64,000 bases of DNA from Eubacteriales bacterium (GCA_045613985.1 JAZLCA010000054.1:12697-76696); one strand, 5' to 3'; positions 17,240 to 26,429 are shown, counted from the stretch's first letter. Program-made: numbers and translations. The notes: generated from the letters alone by a model not told the origin.

Positions 17240-18417
17240 GTACCGTAAATTACGATCGCATTTTAAACCCCGACGTCACGGGCATCAAGCCCTCCGGCAT
17301 TCGTAAATTTTTCGATATTGCCGAAACTATGAAGGACGTCATTTCCTTGGGCGTGGGCGAGCCCGACTTCCCTACCCCCTGGAAAATTCGCCGTGCCGGC
17401 ATTTCCTCGCTGGAAAACAGCCAGACGCGTTATACCTCCAATTCCGGTTTGGAGCTGTTGCGACGTGAGATTGCACGCTACGTCAAGGACAAGTATCACC
17501 TGGACTACGACTACCGCGACGAGATCCTTATCACCGTCGGCGGCAGCGAAGCCATCGACGCGGCCATTCGTGCCGTCGTATGCCCCGGAGATGAGGTCAT
17601 CATTCCCCAGCCCAGCTACGTTTGCTACGAGCCTATGACCGTGCTGGCAGGCGGCGTTCCCGTCATTATCGAGACGGATGCCGAACATGAGTTTAAGCTG
17701 ACACCCGAGGCTCTGCTCGCTCACTTGACTCCAAAGACTAAGGTAGTTATTCTTCCCTATCCCTGCAACCCCACGGGCGGCATTATGGAGCAAGAAGATT
17801 TGGAAAAAATCGCAGAAATCTTGCGCGAGCGCGACCTTCTCGTTATTTCGGACGAGATCTACGCCGAGTTGACCTACGGTGGCAAACGCCACGTCTCCAT
17901 TGCTTCGCTGGATGGCATGGCAGAGCGAACCGTTGTCGTCAACGGTTTTTCGAAATCCTTCTCCATGACAGGCTGGCGCATGGGCTATGCGTGCGGTCCC
18001 GCGCCCATTATGCGCGAGATCCGTAAGATCCACCAGTACGCCATCATGTGCGCCCCCACAACCTCGCAGTACGCCGCCATTGAGGCACTGCGCAGCTGTG
18101 ATGCCGACGTGCAACGAATGTTTGAGGAATACGACACCCGCCGCCGTTTGATCGTCGCGGGCTTCAATAAGCTTGGGCTGACTTGCCGTGAGCCCAAGGG
18201 CGCGTTTTACGCTTTCCCCTCGATTGCCTCGACGGGCATGACCTCGGAGGAATTTTGTGAAAAGCTGTTGTATTCCAAAAAGGTCGCCGTGGTTCCCGGC
18301 CCTGCCTTTGGTCAGGGCGGCGAGGGCTTCATCCGCGCGTCGTATTGCTACTCGGTTGAGCATATCAATGAGGCGCTCCGTAGAATTGGAGAATTTTTAG
18401 AAGAGATAAAACAATAA
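17236..18417 (+). CDS. Class I/II pyridoxal-phosphate aminotransferase (AlaT/YugH-like)
   Basis: The GVGEPDFPTP, NPTG and SKSFSMTGWRMGY (PLP lysine) motifs are present. The start overlaps the Lrp stop. Confidence 0.9.
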   Translation: MSTVNYDRILNPDVTGIKPSGIRKFFDIAETMKDVISLGVGEPDFPTPWKIRRAGISSLENSQTRYTSNSGLELLRREIARYVKDKYHLDYDYRDEILITVGGSEAIDAAIRAVVCPGDEVIIPQPSYVCYEPMTVLAGGVPVIIETDAEHEFKLTPEALLAHLTPKTKVVILPYPCNPTGGIMEQEDLEKIAEILRERDLLVISDEIYAELTYGGKRHVSIASLDGMAERTVVVNGFSKSFSMTGWRMGYACGPAPIMREIRKIHQYAIMCAPTTSQYAAIEALRSCDADVQRMFEEYDTRRRLIVAGFNKLGLTCREPKGAFYAFPSIASTGMTSEEFCEKLLYSKKVAVVPGPAFGQGGEGFIRASYCYSVEHINEALRRIGEFLEEIKQ

Positions 18418-18422
18418 TAGCA

Positions 18423-18451
18423 CCCCGCCGCATCCATTTTGGATGCGGCGG
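18423..18451 (+). terminator. Terminator hairpin after the aminotransferase gene
   Basis: ccccgccgcatcc atttt ggatgcggcggg, followed by tttgtt. Confidence 0.75.
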
Positions 18452-18467
18452 GTTTGTTGATATTTGA

Positions 18468-19973
18468 TTATGAGGTTATAGTTCCGTCAGTACAAATAAT
18501 GATGTAGTTATCTGTATCCTCTCGGATAAGTAGCCTTGCTGCCTTCTCCCATTGTGCTTTTGTGCCGTTGTAAACAATGCTCTCAAGACTTGTGCAACCA
18601 GAAAACGCCACCCCACCAATATTTGTGACGCTATTTGGAATCGTGATACTCACAAGACTTGTGCAACCGGAAAAGGAGGAATTCTCGATGCTCGTGACGC
18701 TATCTGGGATGCTAATATTCACAAGATTTTCACATCCATCGAACATCCCTCCGCTAATACTCGTGACACTATCCGGGATGTCGATGCTTGCAAGACTGGT
18801 ACAACCAGAGAACGCCCTATCATCGATGTTTGTAACACTATCCGAGATAGCGATGCTTGCAAGACTGGTACAGCCCCAAAATGCCCAAGCGCCGATGCTC
18901 GTGACATTATCAGGGATAGCGATGCTGACAAGGCTTTTGCACCCTCGGAATGTTTCCTTTCGAATACTTGTTACACTGTCTGAAATAGTGATGCTCACAA
19001 GGCCTTCGCAGGAGCAGAACGCCCTATTGCCGATGCTCGTAACACTATCTGGGATGGTGATGCTAACAAGACTATCGCAGCTTTCAAACGCCTCTTCACC
19101 TATACTCTTGACGCTGTCCGGGATTGTGATGCTCTCAAGGCTTTGACAGCACAAAAACGCACGCTCACCGATACTCTTGACGCTATCAGGAATGACGACG
19201 CTCTTAAGGCTTAAACAGCTCGCGAACGCATAACGTGCGATGTTCGTGACGCCATTCGGGATTGTGATGCTTTCAAGGTTTGTGCATTCTCTAAACGCCG
19301 AATGGCCGATGCTTGTAACACTATCCGGGATAGCGATGCTTGTAAGACTGGTACACCCCCAAAACGCACTATTGCCGATACTTTGGACGCTGTCCGGGAT
19401 TGTGATGCTCTCAAGGCTATAGCATGCATGGAACGCCTGATCACCGATACTTGTTACACTGTCAAGAATCGTAACGCTCGCAAGACTTGTACATTCACGA
19501 AATACTGCCTCGCCAATGCTCGTGACCTTGTCCGGAATCGTGATGCTCGCAAGGCTTGTACACCCCCAGAAGGCCTGATTGCCAATGTTCACAATGCTGT
19601 CCGGAATCACGATATTAACAAGATTTGTGCATCCCAAGAATCCACCCGCGCGAATGAGCGTGACGTCCCTTCCTTGATGCGTTGCGGGAATAACGATCTC
19701 TCTTTCTTCTTTTGCGCTTCCTACTGCCACACTATAGGTGTCATCTGGCAGTAACATAAACTCAAGTCCTTCTGTACCCTGCCGGTCGTTCTCGTCGGGG
19801 TCCTTCTCGTCGGGATCATTCTGTGGCTTATCGGATTCATCCTGAGGTTCATCCGGGATGTCCTGAGGCGCATCCTCATCGGGTTTATCCTGAGGATCAC
19901 CACAAGCTGTGAAGCATATAAACATCGTAAAAACGACTGTCAACGCAAGTAAAATGACAACGATTTTTCTCAT
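18468..19973 (-). CDS. BspA-type leucine-rich-repeat surface lipoprotein
   Basis: A signal peptide with lipobox FTAC, an acidic Pro/Asp/Glu linker, then about 16 tandem 23-aa units with the consensus ITIPDSVTSIGxxAFxGCTSLxS. Confidence 0.85.
   Translation of the reverse strand: MRKIVVILLALTVVFTMFICFTACGDPQDKPDEDAPQDIPDEPQDESDKPQNDPDEKDPDENDRQGTEGLEFMLLPDDTYSVAVGSAKEEREIVIPATHQGRDVTLIRAGGFLGCTNLVNIVIPDSIVNIGNQAFWGCTSLASITIPDKVTSIGEAVFRECTSLASVTILDSVTSIGDQAFHACYSLESITIPDSVQSIGNSAFWGCTSLTSIAIPDSVTSIGHSAFRECTNLESITIPNGVTNIARYAFASCLSLKSVVIPDSVKSIGERAFLCCQSLESITIPDSVKSIGEEAFESCDSLVSITIPDSVTSIGNRAFCSCEGLVSITISDSVTSIRKETFRGCKSLVSIAIPDNVTSIGAWAFWGCTSLASIAISDSVTNIDDRAFSGCTSLASIDIPDSVTSISGGMFDGCENLVNISIPDSVTSIENSSFSGCTSLVSITIPNSVTNIGGVAFSGCTSLESIVYNGTKAQWEKAARLLIREDTDNYIIICTDGTITS
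18579..19697 (-). repeat. Tandem 69-bp (23-codon) coding repeats, about 16 units
   Basis: The periodicity is visible in both the DNA and the protein. It also generates several spurious long antisense ORFs. Confidence 0.85.
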
Positions 19974-20059
19974 GCCTTTTCTCCTTTGACATTAGATTCT
20001 CAAATGTTATTCACATTGTAACACAAAATAATTTTTTTGATTTACTTGTTTACTTTGAA

Positions 20060-21262
20060 TTACTCCATTCTCTCTTTGATCGCCTTCAAAAAGCCCATAC
20101 TATTGACGGACGTGACGGTAGATTTATCCTCAACAAGACCTGCGAGGTCCTTAGTCATGATGCCGTCGTTAAGCGTCTGGATGCAAGCGGCCTCTAGCTT
20201 GTCGGCAAAAGCTACAAGATCCGGCAGCTCGTCCAACTCGCCTCTCTTGCGAAGGGCGCCTGTCCAGGCGAAAATGGTTGCCATGGGGTTGGTCGAGGTC
20301 TCCTCGCCCTTGAGGTAGCGGTAATAGTGGCGGGTGACGGTGCCGTGTGCCGCCTCGTACTCATAGTTTCCGTCGGGAGACACCAAAACAGACGTCATCA
20401 TAGCCAGAGATCCAAAGGCCGTTGAAACCATATCACTCATAACGTCACCGTCGTAGTTTTTGCAAGCCCAGATAAAACCGCCCTCACTGCGAATGACGCG
20501 AGCGACCGCATCGTCGATCAAGGTATAGAAATACTCGATGCCCAGCTTTTCAAATTCGTCCTTATACTCATTCTGATAGATCTCTTCAAAGATAAGCTTG
20601 AAGGTCTGGTCGTACTGCTTGGAGATAGTATCCTTGGTCGAGAACCACAGATCCTGCTTGGTGGCAATGGCATACTTAAAGCAGGAATGGGCAAACGAGC
20701 GAATGGAGCTGTCCTTGTTGTACTGCCCCTGCAAAACGCCTGCACATTCAAAATCGTAGATGGTCTGGCGCATTTCCGTGCCATCCTTGGCAGTAAACAA
20801 CAGCTCCGCCTTGCCCTCGCCGGGGATGCGGTACTCAGTTGCCTTATACACGTCACCATAGGCGTGGCGAGCAATAGTGATGGGCTTTTTCCAGTTGCGA
20901 ACGGCGGGCTTGATGGAGTCGATCAAAATGGGGGCACGAAATACGGTACCGTCGAGAACGGCGCGGATGGTGCCGTTGGGGCTCTTCCACATTTCGGTCA
21001 GATTGTATTCCTCAACACGCTGTTTGTTGGGAGTGATGGTCGCGCATTTGACGGCAACACCATACTTTTTATTGGCAAGTGCCGCCTGCATGGTTACCTC
21101 GTCCTTGGTTTTTTCGCGTTCCACAAGACCAAGATCGTAGTATTCGGTCTTGAGGTCAACGAACGGAAGGATCAGCTCGTCCTTGATCTGTTGCCAAAGA
21201 ATGCGGGTCATTTCGTCGCCGTCCATTTCGACCAGCGGCGTTTTCATCTGAATTTTCTGCAT
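20060..21262 (-). CDS. icd: NADP-dependent isocitrate dehydrogenase (eukaryote-like type II)
   Basis: A 400-aa ORF with the N-terminus [13 protein letters not shown] and the TRHYR motif characteristic of IDH1/2-like enzymes. Confidence 0.92.
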   Translation of the reverse strand: MQKIQMKTPLVEMDGDEMTRILWQQIKDELILPFVDLKTEYYDLGLVEREKTKDEVTMQAALANKKYGVAVKCATITPNKQRVEEYNLTEMWKSPNGTIRAVLDGTVFRAPILIDSIKPAVRNWKKPITIARHAYGDVYKATEYRIPGEGKAELLFTAKDGTEMRQTIYDFECAGVLQGQYNKDSSIRSFAHSCFKYAIATKQDLWFSTKDTISKQYDQTFKLIFEEIYQNEYKDEFEKLGIEYFYTLIDDAVARVIRSEGGFIWACKNYDGDVMSDMVSTAFGSLAMMTSVLVSPDGNYEYEAAHGTVTRHYYRYLKGEETSTNPMATIFAWTGALRKRGELDELPDLVAFADKLEAACIQTLNDGIMTKDLAGLVEDKSTVTSVNSMGFLKAIKERME

Positions 21263-21280
21263 GATACTCTCTTCCTTTCG

Positions 21281-23203
21281 TTATCTTGCGGTATATTTGA
21301 GCAGGCCGCCTGCAAGCAGCATTTCTTTTTGACGCTGCGAGAACTGGCAAACAAGCTCAATCTCGGCACCATTGTTCAAATTCTTCAGTGTTGCTCGGCC
21401 GGTATCGAGCGCTTCGATTAAACCGCTCATTTCAAGCTCATCGCCCTGCTCTACCTTGTCGTAATCGTCGGGGTTAGCAAAGGTCAGCGGCAGAATACCG
21501 GCATTGATAAGGTTGGCCACGTGAATACGAGCAAAGCTTTTAGCTACGACAGCGCGGACGCCAAGATATAGCGGAACCAGAGCCGCATGCTCACGGGACG
21601 AGCCCTGACCGTAGTTAACACCACCGACGATGATGGAGTTGCCTGCTGCCTTGGCACGCTCCGAGAAGCTCTCGTCACAAACAGCAAAGCAGAACTTGGA
21701 AAGATACGGGATGTTGGAACGGTAGGGCAAAATTTTGGCGCCTGCGGGCATGATGTGGTCGGTCGTAATGTTATCTCCTACCTTTAACGTCAGAGGTGCC
21801 TTGATGGTATCCGTCAAGGGATATGCATCGGGCAGCGGCTTGATGTTGGGACCACGCAAAACTTCAACGTCGGCCGCCTCGGTCTCGTCTGCAGGCAAAA
21901 GAACTGCGCTGTCATTGACGAGGAATTCTTCAGGCATAGTAATCTCGGGATAGTCGCCCATCGTTCTGGGATCGGTAATATAGCCCGTCAGGGCTGCCAC
22001 AGCTGCAACTTCGGGAGAGACCAAATATACCTGACCGTCACGCGTGCCGCTTCGGCCTTCAAAGTTACGGTTGAAGGTGCGCAGAGATACACCGGCCGAG
22101 TTGGGCGAAAAGCCCATACCGATGCAAGGACCGCAGGCACACTCCAACACGCGGGCGCCCGAAGCAATAATATCGGACAACGCTCCACAATCGGCCAGCA
22201 TAGACAGGACCTGCTTGGAGCCGGGGGACACGGAAAGGCTGACCGAATCGTCGATCTTCTTGCCTTTGAGAATGGCAGCCACGCGCAGCATATCGCGCAA
22301 CGAGGAGTTGGTACAAGAGCCGATGCAAACCTGATCGACCTTAATATGAGACAGCTCACGCGCCGACTTAATGTTATCGGGGCTGTGCGGGCAGGCCAAG
22401 AGAGGCTCAAGCTCGGACAGGTTGATGTCGATCACACGATCGTACACGGCGTCAGGATCGCTGGAAAGCGGAACGTAGTCCTCTTCTCTGCCTTGTGCAG
22501 CAAGGAAGGCACGAGTGACCTCGTCGGAGGGGAAAATAGAGGTCGTAGCACCGAGTTCCGTTCCCATGTTGGTAATGGTGGCTCTTTCCGGGACAGACAG
22601 CGTAGCGATGCCTTCTCCGCCCCATTCGATGATGTAGCCCACACCGCCCTTGACGGACAGAATACGCAAGATCTCAAGGCTGACATCCTTGGCACTCACC
22701 CAGGGGGAAAGCTTGCCCGTCAGGTTGACCTTGATCATTTTGGGCATAGTGATATAATACGCGCCACCACCCATGGCAACAGCTACGTCCATACCACCCG
22801 CACCAAAGGCCAGCATACCAATGCCTCCGCCCGTGGGAGTATGACTGTCCGAGCCAATCAGCGTCTTGCCCGGTTTGCCGAAACGTTCCAGATGCACCTG
22901 ATGGCAGATGCCGTTACCGGGGCGGGAGAAGCGGATTCCATGCTTTTTAGCAACCGACTGAATATAACGGTGGTCATCCGCGTTCTCAAAGCCGGACTGC
23001 AACGTATTGTGGTCAATGTATGCAACGCTGAGTTCCGTGCGTACACGCGGAATACCGATCGCTTCAAACTCAAGATACGCCATCGTTCCCGTCGCATCCT
23101 GCGTCAGCGTTTGATCCATGCGGAGCGCAATTTCTTGTCCTGCAATCATTTCGCCTTCGACCAGATGCGCTTTAATTATTTTTTGTGCGATTGTCAATCC
23201 CAT
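21281..23203 (-). CDS. Aconitate hydratase (640-aa type)
   Basis: The Fe-S ligand motifs IGSCTNSS and ACGPCIGMG, a GSDSHT motif, and a C-terminal swivel domain. Confidence 0.9.
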   Translation of the reverse strand: MGLTIAQKIIKAHLVEGEMIAGQEIALRMDQTLTQDATGTMAYLEFEAIGIPRVRTELSVAYIDHNTLQSGFENADDHRYIQSVAKKHGIRFSRPGNGICHQVHLERFGKPGKTLIGSDSHTPTGGGIGMLAFGAGGMDVAVAMGGGAYYITMPKMIKVNLTGKLSPWVSAKDVSLEILRILSVKGGVGYIIEWGGEGIATLSVPERATITNMGTELGATTSIFPSDEVTRAFLAAQGREEDYVPLSSDPDAVYDRVIDINLSELEPLLACPHSPDNIKSARELSHIKVDQVCIGSCTNSSLRDMLRVAAILKGKKIDDSVSLSVSPGSKQVLSMLADCGALSDIIASGARVLECACGPCIGMGFSPNSAGVSLRTFNRNFEGRSGTRDGQVYLVSPEVAAVAALTGYITDPRTMGDYPEITMPEEFLVNDSAVLLPADETEAADVEVLRGPNIKPLPDAYPLTDTIKAPLTLKVGDNITTDHIMPAGAKILPYRSNIPYLSKFCFAVCDESFSERAKAAGNSIIVGGVNYGQGSSREHAALVPLYLGVRAVVAKSFARIHVANLINAGILPLTFANPDDYDKVEQGDELEMSGLIEALDTGRATLKNLNNGAEIELVCQFSQRQKEMLLAGGLLKYTAR

Positions 23204-23206
23204 AAA

Positions 23207-23869
23207 TTACTCCTTATTTTTTGAATCCGCTTCTTGCGCAGTCGCAAGAACGATACATTTCTTTGCGTTTTGAATATGCAAAACCGTCAGACGCTCGGCT
23301 TCATCGCCATTGTGTTGTTCCAAAGCCCGCAGAATATCCGCGTGCTCCTGTACGGCAAAACGAGCGCGATCGGGATGCTCCACCGAAATTTTGCGATATC
23401 GTTGTACTTTGTGGTGCAATTCGGACAGTGTTGCCTGCAAAACACGGTTGCCGCAATATTGATACACCAATTCATGAAAACGGCTGTCGGTATCCCGGAT
23501 GTGCGCGGCTCCTCCACGCTCAGTATAAAAACCTTGCAGGGCTACGATTTCTCGCAATTCAGACAACTGCTCCTCCGTAATCCGCTCCGCGCACAATCGG
23601 GTAGCATAGCCTTCTATGCGAAGGCGGATGTCGTAGATGTCCAAGAGATCCTGCTCGCTGATACCGAGAACGACCACACTGTGTGAAGAGGTTTCCTCGA
23701 CCAACTGTTGTTCCTTGAGTCGGTTCAATGCCTCGCGTACAGGCGTACGGCTGACACCAAGGCGCTCACAAAGCTTTAATTCTGTCAATATTTCTCCTCG
23801 CGGATAAACACCGCTGAGAATATCATTTTCCAATGTCTCAAATACGAAATCGGCACGAGAACCGTTCAT
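23207..23869 (-). CDS. GntR family (FCD subfamily) transcriptional regulator
   Basis: An N-terminal wHTH (LKLCERLGVSRTPVREALNRLKEQQLV) and an all-helical C-terminal FCD-like domain. The gene sits inside the TCA-branch operon. Confidence 0.85.
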   Translation of the reverse strand: MNGSRADFVFETLENDILSGVYPRGEILTELKLCERLGVSRTPVREALNRLKEQQLVEETSSHSVVVLGISEQDLLDIYDIRLRIEGYATRLCAERITEEQLSELREIVALQGFYTERGGAAHIRDTDSRFHELVYQYCGNRVLQATLSELHHKVQRYRKISVEHPDRARFAVQEHADILRALEQHNGDEAERLTVLHIQNAKKCIVLATAQEADSKNKE

Positions 23870-23901
23870 TGCTTTTCTCCGTTTCAGTTATTTGGCTAAA
23901 A

Positions 23902-25299
23902 TCAGTCGTTTTGCTTGGGGGAATGAGGAATAAACAGGCGGTGATTCGAAAGCTCGGCAATCTTTTCCTCGAGCTCATGGTTGGACAGAACAGTATTACG
24001 GCCGTCCTCGTATTCCTGATCTACCCACTCCTTCATGGCAATAACCAAAGGATCGTGCTTATCCACCTTGGCATCGCCCTCCAGGCGATAATTGGAGTTG
24101 ATCCAATATGCGATACCGGCCAATCCAGACGTTTTGGTGACCATAACGCTCGCGTCGCGGTTGAGCAATTTCTTGGTATTAAAGATGTTGTAAATTTCTT
24201 CATCCTTCATCAAGCCGTCCGCATGGATACCAGCGCGGGTAACGTTGAAGTTACGGCCGACAAAAGGCGTCGTTTCGGGAATACGGTAGCCCATTTCATC
24301 TCTGAAATAGTAGGCGATGTCGGTGATAGCCGTGGGATCCATGCCATCCAACGTACCGCGCATGGAGGCGTATTCAAACACCATCGCTTCTACGGGAATG
24401 TTACCCGTTCTCTCGCCAATGCCAAGCAGCGAGCAGTTGACAGCGCTCGCACCGTACAGCCATGCAGTAGAAGCGTTGCTGACCGCTTTGTAGAAATCGT
24501 TGTGGCCATGCCATTCGAGCTGTTCGCTGGGAACGTCGGCGTAATGCTGCAAGCCGTAAATAATACCGGGAACGCTTCGCGGAAGCGCCACTTCGGGAAG
24601 CGGAACACCATAACCCATGGTATCACAGGCGCGAATCTTAACGGGGATGCCTGCATCACGGCTCATCTTCATCAATTCGTTAACAAAAGGAACGACAAAA
24701 CCGTAGAAGTCGGCGCGAGTAATATCTTCCAGATGGCAACGCGGAATAACGCCCGCTTCAAATGCATCGGAAACCGTCTGCAGGTAATAGTTCATCGCCT
24801 GCGAGCGCGTCATTTTCATCTTTTTGAAAATGTGATAGTCGGATGCACTGACCAAAATTCCCGTTTCTCTGATATTCAGACTCTTTACCAATTTAAAATC
24901 CTCTCGATTGGCGCGGATCCAGGTGGTAATTTCCGGGAACTTCAGGCCAAGATCGCGGCAGGCCTCCAGAGCTTCGATGTCTTTTTTGCTGTATATGAAA
25001 AATTCCGTCTGACGAATGATGCCCTTCGGACCACCCAAGCGAGACAGAAGCTTGTAGAGATCAACGATCTGCTTAACCGTATACGGCTCAACCGATTGCT
25101 GACCGTCGCGCATAGAGGTATCTGTGATCCAGATCTCCTTGGGCATATTGATAGGAACACGACGGTGGTTAAACGTCATTTTCGGAACCTCATCGTACGG
25201 ATATACTTCTCTGTACAAATTTGGCTCGGCTACATCCTGCAATTGATAGCGATAGGATTTTTGTTCCAGCAGGTTTGTTTTGTCAGATATTTCGATCAT
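23902..25299 (-). CDS. Re-citrate synthase-type enzyme (homocitrate/isopropylmalate synthase family)
   Basis: The DRE-TIM HMGL-like core (ITDTSMRDGQQS, HGHNDF). It is co-oriented with aconitase and icd, as in the clostridial Re-citrate synthase context. The start is ATG 25299 with an AAGGAG RBS. Confidence 0.75.
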   Translation of the reverse strand: MIEISDKTNLLEQKSYRYQLQDVAEPNLYREVYPYDEVPKMTFNHRRVPINMPKEIWITDTSMRDGQQSVEPYTVKQIVDLYKLLSRLGGPKGIIRQTEFFIYSKKDIEALEACRDLGLKFPEITTWIRANREDFKLVKSLNIRETGILVSASDYHIFKKMKMTRSQAMNYYLQTVSDAFEAGVIPRCHLEDITRADFYGFVVPFVNELMKMSRDAGIPVKIRACDTMGYGVPLPEVALPRSVPGIIYGLQHYADVPSEQLEWHGHNDFYKAVSNASTAWLYGASAVNCSLLGIGERTGNIPVEAMVFEYASMRGTLDGMDPTAITDIAYYFRDEMGYRIPETTPFVGRNFNVTRAGIHADGLMKDEEIYNIFNTKKLLNRDASVMVTKTSGLAGIAYWINSNYRLEGDAKVDKHDPLVIAMKEWVDQEYEDGRNTVLSNHELEEKIAELSNHRLFIPHSPKQND

Positions 25300-25319
25300 A
25301 TCATTGATCTCCTTTGCCA

Positions 25320-25366
25320 CTTGTATAATTGTATACAAGTATACCACAAGCTACTTTGGTTGTCAA
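25320..25366 (-). promoter_or_regulatory. Promoter (TTGACA-17-TATACT, minus strand) plus overlapping palindromic operator
   Basis: On plus coordinates the -35 tgtcaa lies at 25361-25366 and the -10 agtata at 25338-25343. A perfect inverted repeat cttgtata-attg-tatacaag lies at 25320-25339. Confidence 0.65.
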
Positions 25367-25400
25367 TATTTATACATAAATTTGTTTTAAAATACCATAC

Positions 25401-25430
25401 AAAAATGGGAAGCACTCGCTCCCCATTTTT
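25401..25430 (-). terminator. Terminator hairpin after the Cys-rich gene
   Basis: aaaaatggg.agc / gct.cccattttt forms a stem with one mismatch and is flanked by A/T runs. Confidence 0.6.
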
Positions 25431-25439
25431 GTATTCCTC

Positions 25440-26279
25440 TCAGCATCCGCAACGATTGCGGTCATTTTCCCGACCACCAGGATGACCATGCGGTGCACCG
25501 GGCGGACAAAACTCCCCTACGGGAAAGGCCATGCGGCGGAACATCGCGCAGGGATCATCGTCGCAAGACTGCACGCATTCCTTGTCGGGAACACAGTATT
25601 CCGTCGCCTGAATGAGATACTGTGCGGGACGAACGATGCGAACCACCGAGAAAATTCCCAGCGAAACCGTCAGATAACGTCCGCTATCCCGATCGGAAAG
25701 CGGTCCGCTGACGCGGTGGCAAACCGTCTCAGGAAGTTCGCAGCAGCAACAGCAACAACAGCACTCCGTCTCCTTCTCACAAATACGGGTACCCAGTACG
25801 ATGGGATCAACAACTTCCACCACCACGCCGGGAACGTTGCGGCTCTGTCCGCAGGGACCGGGCTCGGCACAGAAATCGGAAGCCTCGGGGTTACTCTTGA
25901 AAACGTTGACGCTGCTTTCGCTGCCATAAAGAACGACGTGCTTTTCCAGCACCGCCACACCGTCAAATTCCTGGCTTCTGCCACCGCCGATGCAAGCCTC
26001 AAAATCAAGCTTAACATAGAAACGAATATTGACGGAGTAAAAGCCGCGATTGAACTGCACGGGATCGATATGGATGGACGTCCAGCAAATCACGGCACGT
26101 TTTACCCGGATATTCCCGGTGCGCTCCAAAATTTCGTTTCCAAAATCGGTCAGAAACACCCGAACGTTTTCAAAGCAGTCACGGTCGCGGCAGCTGTCCA
26201 AAATGCGATTGGTCTCGATACAAACCATTTCACGTCCGCCTCCGGGAGAAGCGGTACACGGATATTTGTTTTCTGCCAT
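25440..26279 (-). CDS. Cysteine-rich hypothetical protein (25 Cys in 279 aa, including CCCCCCCC)
   Basis: Clean ORF with an AAGGAGGA RBS before ATG 26279, its own TTGTCA-17-TAGAAT promoter and its own terminator. No signal peptide or TM segment. I recognise no family. Confidence 0.7.
   Translation of the reverse strand: MAENKYPCTASPGGGREMVCIETNRILDSCRDRDCFENVRVFLTDFGNEILERTGNIRVKRAVICWTSIHIDPVQFNRGFYSVNIRFYVKLDFEACIGGGRSQEFDGVAVLEKHVVLYGSESSVNVFKSNPEASDFCAEPGPCGQSRNVPGVVVEVVDPIVLGTRICEKETECCCCCCCCELPETVCHRVSGPLSDRDSGRYLTVSLGIFSVVRIVRPAQYLIQATEYCVPDKECVQSCDDDPCAMFRRMAFPVGEFCPPGAPHGHPGGRENDRNRCGC
25740..25763 (-). repeat. Eight consecutive Cys codons (TGC/TGT mix)
   Basis: The plus strand reads gca gca gca aca gca aca aca gca. 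This is an imperfect trinucleotide tract. Confidence 0.9.
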
Positions 26280-26395
26280 GGTAGGATCCTCCTTGATCAT
26301 TTTTGAATGAAGTCCCTGCTTGCACGCATACGACTCCCTTCTCTACCATTCTATTCACCTCCGCTTTTTTTGACAAAATTTTATGACAGCATCAA

Positions 26396-26425
26396 GAAAG
26401 AGGGTGCCGTGCGCCCTCTTTTTTG
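26396..26425 (-). terminator. Terminator hairpin after the lipoprotein operon
   Basis: An agagggtgc cgt gcgccctct hairpin lies immediately downstream of the stop at 26430 and is flanked by A/T runs. Confidence 0.6.
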
Positions 26426-26429
26426 ACAT

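Noticed and set aside
18552-19754. A regular 69-bp periodicity that could at first glance suggest a CRISPR or other non-coding array, plus several repeat-shaped plus-strand ORFs.
   Set aside because: The units are contiguous with no unique spacers. They are in frame and translate into a canonical BspA-type LRR consensus within one long ORF that carries a lipoprotein signal peptide.
23833-25485. A 550-aa plus-strand ORF.
   Set aside because: It is antisense to the citrate-synthase-type gene and runs across its promoter and an intergenic terminator. It has no recognisable motifs. It is a shadow ORF.
25482-26306. A 274-aa plus-strand ORF opposite the Cys-rich gene.
   Set aside because: The minus-strand frame has the RBS, promoter and terminator. 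The plus-strand ORF starts inside the neighbouring terminator region and is Ala/Gly/Thr-rich shadow sequence.
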